Assembly (NCBI GenBank): GCA_014905635.1
Contig: JABVCE010000039.1
Location: 62,001 to 126,000 of the forward strand
Length of the DNA stretch: 64,000 nucleotides
Origin: Scenedesmus sp. PABB004
Taxonomy: Eukaryota
Reading direction: 5' to 3'
Under the pieces are notes generated by a model. It made no database searches. It saw only the letters and a list, made by a program, of their open reading frames with translations, and was not told the DNA's origin. The translations under genes were made by a program, and so were the position numbers. This document shows, piece after piece, positions 57,712-64,000 of the stretch. Position 1 is the stretch's first letter. Each line of letters opens with the position of its first letter.

Positions 57712-60700
57712 CTACTTCCTGCTCTGCTTGGCCAGCCGCATGCCGCCGCCGCCGCCAGCCCCGCCGCCGCCGCGGCCGCCGCCGCCCCTGGGGCGCGCCT
57801 TGAAGCCAAAGCCGCCCGAGGCGCGCGCAGCGCGCTGGCGCCGCCGCTCCTCGGCCTTGCGCTGCCGCGCGGCGCCCTTGGCGCGGCCCTTTTTGAGCTT
57901 CAGCCGCGCCTCGGCCTCGGGGTCGAGCAGCGCGCGCCGCGCGGCGACCGCCTTGCGCGCCGCGCGCGCGCGCCGCACCGCCTCGCGCGCCGCCGCGTAC
58001 GCGGCGAGCGTCGCCTCCGGCCCAAACACGCGCCGCAGGTGCGACAGCACCTGCTCGCCCAGCGCGCGCACCGCCTCGGCGCCGCCGTTGGCCGCCGCCG
58101 CGGCGGCGCCGGCGGCCGCGCCCGCGCGCGCCGCGGCCGCCGCGTCGCTGGTGGCCTCCGCCAGGCGGTACAGCGGGCGCAGCAGCAGCGGCAGGTGCGC
58201 CGCCAGCGGCGCCGCGCCCAGCGCCGCCGACGCGGCCGCGATCCAGCGCAGCGCCGCGGCGCGCTGCAGCTGGCGCGCAAAGCGGGCGTCCTCCGCCGCG
58301 CGCACCATGCGCACGACCAGGCCCGCCAGGTCGATGGCGGGCGCGCCGCCCGCGCGCCGCGCGGCACGCCGCCCCCGCCGCGGCGCCGTGCCCTCCTCCT
58401 GCCCGTCTGCCTCGCCCTCGTCCGAGTCGCCCTCGCTGCCGCCCTCGTCGCTGCCGCCCTCGTCGGAGCCGCCCTCGTCGGAGCCGCCCGCGTCCGCATC
58501 CTCGTCGCTGCCGCTGCCGGGCGCCGCCGCGCCCTCCGCCGCCTCTGCCGCGCCGGCGCCGGCCTGCGCCGCCTCCTCCTGCGCGAGGCGCTTTGCCAGG
58601 GCGACGAGGCACTTGACCGCCTGCGTGCAGAGGCCCTCGTCCACCAGCGGCGCCTCGAGCTGGCGGTACACCAGCAGCGCCAGCGCGCCCGACGCCACGC
58701 CGCCGCTGCCGGCCTCGGCACCGTCGGCGGCGCCGTTGGCGGCGCCCGCGCCGTTAGCGGCGGCGCCCGCGCCGTCGCCCTCGCCGCCCGCGGCCGCCGG
58801 CGCCAGCAGGCCGTCGGCGATCGCGGGCGTGGCGAGCGCGAGGCCCAGCAGCCGGCCGGCGGCCTTGCGCACCCACAGGTGCGGGTGCAGCAGCAGGCGG
58901 GCCGCGAGCACGCGCCACAGCGCGCGCGCGCCGGCGCCGCCCGCCTCCCAGCCGAGCGCGTCGAGGCCGGGCGGCGCGGCCGCCGCCTTTTCGAGCAGCA
59001 GCAGCACGTGGTAGGCCTCCTGCCAGCGCGGCAGGCCGCCCGCGAGCGCGCCCGTCGCGTCGCCGCCCTCGCCCAGCTGGCCGTCGCCGGCGTCGTCGTC
59101 CGCCGCCGCCGCGGCCGCCGCCTCGACCGCGCCCTCTGCCTCGCCCGCCGCGTCGGCGAGCAGCGCCGCGAGCTGGGCCAGCAGACCGGGCGTGAGGCGG
59201 CGCTGCCCGAAGCGGCCGCCCTCCGCCTCGGCGAGCAGCCCCAGCGCGTGCGCCGCGGCGGCGCGCAGCTGCTGCGTCTGCCCGCCCTCGCCGCCCCGCG
59301 CCAGCCAGGCGGCGCCGTAGCCCGCGAGCGAATCGTTGGCCTCGGGCGGCAGCTGGCGGTGCAGCAGCCTGACCGTGGCCGCCGCCGCGGCGCGCGCCTT
59401 GGCGCTCGGCTCGTTGGCCAGCCGCGCCACGAGGGGCAGGTACGCCGTGGCGCCGAGGTTGGCCACCACCGCGGGCGGGAACTTGAGCAGCACCTGTGGC
59501 GCGCGGCGCGGCGCGGCGCGGCGCGGTGAGCGGCAGGCGGCCGGCCGCGCAGCGCAGCGCAGCGGGGCCGCCGCGGCGTGCGCCCGCGCGCGCGCCCGCC
59601 GCCGCGGCGCGCACCTGCTGCAGCATCTCCAGCGCCGCGAGGCGCCCCGCCTCGTGCTCATAGGCGGTGTTGGTGAGCAGGAAGGTGATGTGCCCGGTGA
59701 GGCGTGCCGGCGCGAGCGGGTAGTCCAGCAGGAAGGCAAGCAGGCAGCTCCCCGCGGACGACCGCACTGCGGGCGAGTGGCTCCTGCGCGGGCGGGGCGC
59801 CGGCGCGCGGCGGCGCGGCGGGCGCGTGTGGGCGGCGGCGCGTCGAGCGCGCGCGCGGCCACGGCGGCGCCCCCGTCCCTACAGGCCTCCTCACGTGATG
59901 AGCTGGCCCTGCACGATGTCCATGACGTCATACACCTCCGGCACGAGCAGCACGCGCCCCAGCACTGCGCGCAGCAGACCGTAGCCGCTCAGGCGCTCGC
60001 CCGGCGCCGCGCTCGCGCCGCCGCCGGTGCCGCCGACGCGCGCGGCCGCGGCGCTTGCGGAGCCGCCGCCGCTCTGCAGGTCGGCGGCGATCCACTTGAG
60101 CAGGAAGCGCAGCTGCGGTGTGGGCGGGCGGTAGGTGGGGCAGTCGCGCAGCATCGCTGCGGGGGAATGGCGGCGCGCGCAGCCGGCGGCGGCGGCGGGC
60201 GGCGGGGCGGGGCGGCGAGTGAGTCGGCTGCGGCAGCAGCAGACCGCGGCGGCAGCCGCAGCAGCGGCGGACGCGGCGGCGGCGGGCGCAGCTGAGGCGG
60301 GCGCGGCGCACCTCCCAAGAGCCTGAAGCAGTCCTGCGCAAGTGGGTGGCCCGCGTCGGGCACCTTGCGCAGCAGGCTGGTGAGCCCCCGCCCCGCGCCC
60401 GACGCGGCGGCCGGCAGGCCCGGCAGGCCCTGCACGCCCACCAGGAGCGTGAGCGCCTTGAGCGCGGCCTGCGCGGCGGCGGCGGCGGCGGCGGCGCGGC
60501 GCGCGGCGCGGTGAGCGGCGCGCCTGGCGGAAGGCGGCGGGCCCGGCACACGCCGCGGCCCGCGCGCCGCGCACCTGCACGCTGCCCAGGTGCCGGCTGT
60601 GCAGGCAGCGCACGAGCAGCGGCAGCAGCGGGTCGATCAGGCGGAGCGTGTCGGGGCCGCGCCCCGACAGCGCCCCGCGCTTGAGCGCCGCGGTGACCAC

Positions 60701-61894
60701 GGTCAGCGCGCAGTGGGCGATCAGGTACAGGTGCGCATCGCCGTCGCCGCCACTGCCGCCGTCCCCGTCGCCGCCGTTTTCGCCGCCGTCGCCGCCAGCC
60801 CCGCTCGCCGGCGGCGGCGCGGCCTTGGCCGGCGCGACCGCGACCGCGGCGCCGACCGCGGCCTTGGCCTTGGCGCGCGCCGCCTCCTCCACCTCCAGGC
60901 AGGCCTGCAGCGTGCGGCCCGCCCAGGCGGCGAGCCCCTCGGGCGTGACGCTCGGGTTGGCGGCCACGCCGCGCGCCGCCGCGGCGAGCAGCTGCTCCAG
61001 CTTGGCGCGCGTCGGCGGGTGCCCCGCCGCGCCGAGCCGGCCGCGCACGAGGGCGAGCAGCGGGTCGATGTGGCTGTCAAAGCTCACGCTCGCGGCGAGG
61101 TGCTGGTACGCCTCGTACGCCCTGCCAGGCGCGGGCGGGCGCGGTCGCGGCGGCGGGGCGGGCGGGTGGGGGCGGGGGGGGCGTGAGGGGCGTGCGACGG
61201 AGCCTCGGGGTGAGCTTGCGCTCGTGCGCGCGCGCGCGCTCTCCGGCGGGCGCGGCGCCGCCGCCGCACCTGCAGCGCTTGGCCTCCTTGTACTTGCCGG
61301 CAAAGGCGGCCACCTCCTTGGCCTCCGACACCTGCGCACAACGGCGGCCGCGGCGCCCGTCGGCGCCCGTCGGCACGCGCGGCGGCGCGCTGGGCGCGCG
61401 CACCCCGCCCCGCCCCGCCGCGGCCGGCGCCGCACCTGGCCGAACAGGTCGCCCTCAAGCGTGGGCAGCAGGAGCTCGAGCGCCGCGTCGAGCTGCCCCG
61501 GCTCCACGCCCGCCGCGACGTGCGCCTCGAGCAGCGCCGCCGCGGTGAAGCCGAGGACGTGGGCGGTGAAGCCCTTGTCCGGCAGCACCGCGCGCAGCAC
61601 GCTGCGCGCGCGCAGGCGGGCGCGCGCGCGGGCGGGGAGGCGGGCGGTCAGCGGTCCGCGCGGCGCAGCGCAGGCGCAGCAGCAGCCCTTGGCCCCGTGC
61701 CCCGCGCCGGCGCGCGAGGGGTGCGCCTCACTGTATGAGTGTGGGCAAGTACTCTGGGCCGAGCTCGAGCGAGAGGTCGCACAGCACGCGCCGCGACGCG
61801 TCGCGCGCGCTGTGCAGCCGCGTGCGCAGCAGGCCGGCGATCGCCGCGAGCGCGCGCGGCAGCGCAACGCGCTCGACCTCGGGCGGCAGCAGCT

Positions 61895-61930
<36 letters not shown>

Positions 61931-62947
61931 GGCCGGCGCGCGCCTGGCCGCACGCCGCGCCCCTCCCAGCGCAGCGCGCCAGCGCTCCCCGCCCTCCGCC
62001 CCTGCCCCCCCCCCACACACACACACTTGCACCTTGATGAGCTTGACCAGCGCCAGCGCGACCGGCGCGCGCGCGACGTCCTGCCCCTCCACCACGAGCT
62101 GCCCCTGCAGCGCGGGGAGGACCTTGGCCATGAGCAGCGACCGCGCAGACGCCGCGACGTCGGCCGCCGCCGCCGCGGCCTCCGCGGCCTCCGCCGCCTC
62201 CGCCGCCGCGGCGTCGGCGCCCGCCTCGTCGTCGTCGGTGCCGTCGCCCTCCTCCTCCTCGGCCTCGGCAGCCTCCGCCGCCGCGTCGCCGTCCGCCGCC
62301 GGCGGCTGCTCGCCCGTCGCGCCCGCGAGGGCGGCGGCGGCCTCGGCCGCGGCAGCCGCGGCGACCGCCGCCGCGCGCGCGCGCGCCGCCGCCTGCGCGA
62401 CGGGCGCCTGCCCGCCGCCGCCGCCGGCGGGCACTCCTGGGGCCGGCTCCAGGGGGAAGTGGAATGCGTCCAGCACGGCGCAGGTGGCGCGGATGACCTG
62501 CTTGCGCGGGTGTGACGCCATGAGGCGCAACCAGCGCTGCAGCAGGCCCGCGTACTGCTCCCAGCCCAGGCGGCCTGCGAGCGCGCGCAGCGCGTCGATC
62601 GCCGCGTCCGCGACCGCGCCCTCGCGGTCCGCGTCGCCCGCCTTGCGCCCGTGGCCGCCGCGCTGCGCCTCGGCCGCGGCCGCGCCCGCCGCGCTGCCGG
62701 CGGCGGCGCCCTCAAACACAAACTGCTGCAGCAGCGGCGCGGCAATGTCGAGCAGCACGCGCACGCTCACGGCGTGGCCCGCCGGCGCAGCGTCGCCGCC
62801 GGGCGCGCCCGGCTCCCCCGGCAGCGCGTCGCCGCGCGGCCGCTTGGCGCCGGCCGCGAGCTCGCCGTCCGCCGGTTCGCCGCCCGCCGCCTCGCCGCCC
62901 GGCTGCTGCTGCGCGCCGTCGGCCAGCCTGCGCCGCTTGGGCGCGCC

Positions 62948-62997
<50 letters not shown>

Positions 62998-64000
62998 GCG
63001 CCGCGGGCGGGCCGCCGTCGTCGCCCGGCTGCGCGGCCACGAGGCGCGCGAGCAGCGTGAGCGCGCGGCCGCGGCGGTGGATCTGGAGGTGCGTGACGTT
63101 CAGGAAGAAGTCTTGCTCCGCGTCGCCGCTCGTGAGGGGGACCAGGTCCGGGAAGCGCCCGGGCAGGCGGCGCACGAGCTCGCGCAGCAGCGCCGCGTGC
63201 TCCTGCCGCACCGCGAGCGCCGCGGCGCGCAGCCCGGCCTTGGCTTGCGGATAGAGCACGCGCGGCAGCAGGCGCAGCGGGTCGTCCGGGCCCAGCGCCG
63301 CGAGGTAGCCGCCGTGCGCCGCGCCGGGCGGCGCGCCCGCGCCGGCGGCCTGCGCCGCGGCGTCGAGGCGCGCCATGGCCTCCGCGCAGCGCGCGAGCGC
63401 GCCCGCGGCCGCCTGGCGCAGCGCGAGGTCGCCGTCGTTGCGCAGGTCGGAGAAGGCCTGCAGCAGCAGCGGCAGCGCGCCGCGCCGGCTCAGCGCCGCC
63501 CAGGCGTCGGCGCTGAGCGCCGCGTAGGCGCCCAGGCGTGCGTCGTAATCAGGCTCGTCCAGCGCGCCCGCCGCCCAGGCGTTCAGACACGCAAGCAGCC
63601 CCGCGACGCGGCCGTAGCGCCCCGCCGCGCCGCCGCCGCCGCCGCCGCCGCCGTCAACGGCGCCGTCGATGAGGGCGGCGAGCGCGCGCAGCGCGGCGCC
63701 CGCGCCGCTGCGGGCGTCGCGGCCGGAGAGGCGGCCAAACAGCAGCGCCACGGTCTCCCAGTGCTGCAGCAGGCGCTCGGCCTCGCCCGCGCCGCGCGCG
63801 TCGGGCGCCTGCGCCGCGAGCGCGGACCACAGCGCCGACAGCGCGCCCAGCGCGCGCGCGACGCCGCGCTCGTCCAGCGCGGCGCGCTTGTTGCCGGAGC
63901 CGCCGCCGCCGCCGCCGCCCCTGTTGGGCGGCGCGAGCAGCGCGACGAGCGCGGCCGCGAGGTCCGACGCGGTCTCCGCGTCGGCGCAGTGCGCGCCGAG
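57712..64000 (-). CDS. UTP20: Small-subunit processome component UTP20 (DRIM); 3' part only, truncated at the window edge; spliced
   Basis: DEPDYDARL; DFFLNVTHLQIHRRGRAL; LDAFHF; HVLGFT; SEAKEVAAFAGKYKEAK; FLLDYPL; YEHEAGRLAALEML; LLHPHLWVR; LLRPLYR; basic C-terminus. Confidence 0.92.

Noticed and set aside
1..64000. Many long Arg/Ala/Pro/Gly-rich ORFs in the six-frame track (e.g. 5198-8278 +, 46063-49158 -, 60648-63254 +)
   Set aside because: Stop codons are rare at this GC content; these are antisense or off-frame shadows of real spliced genes and carry no recognisable motifs

Overview
Eukaryotic nuclear DNA: extremely GC-rich (roughly 75-80% by eye), gene-dense and intron-rich. Short GTGCG/GTGAG...CGCAG introns, TGTAA poly(A) signals and plastid-type genes point to a chlorophycean green alga (inference; Sphaeropleales-like). 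About 22 protein genes were reconstructed by joining exons across frames; most long ORFs in the supplied track are GC artefacts. Housekeeping genes: NTR, IscU, RraA-like aldolase, histidine phosphatase, COQ10, RabGGTase alpha, EGY2, APH-1, URI1, APC5, an AP2 transcription factor and partial UTP20. Secreted hydrolases: an AspN/reprolysin-like metalloprotease, two tandem M36 (fungalysin-family) proteases and a Taka-type alpha-amylase. The best hidden signals are: (1) two tandem double-guide box C/D snoRNAs in the last intron of a class IV aminotransferase homologue that has lost its catalytic lysine; (2) a perfect 31-bp hairpin in the APH-1 3' UTR; (3) a mosaic-identity M36 tandem duplication; (4) about nine GC-AG introns; (5) a candidate bicistronic COQ10/F-box pair. 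CDS coordinates are start-to-stop gene spans including introns and were read by hand.
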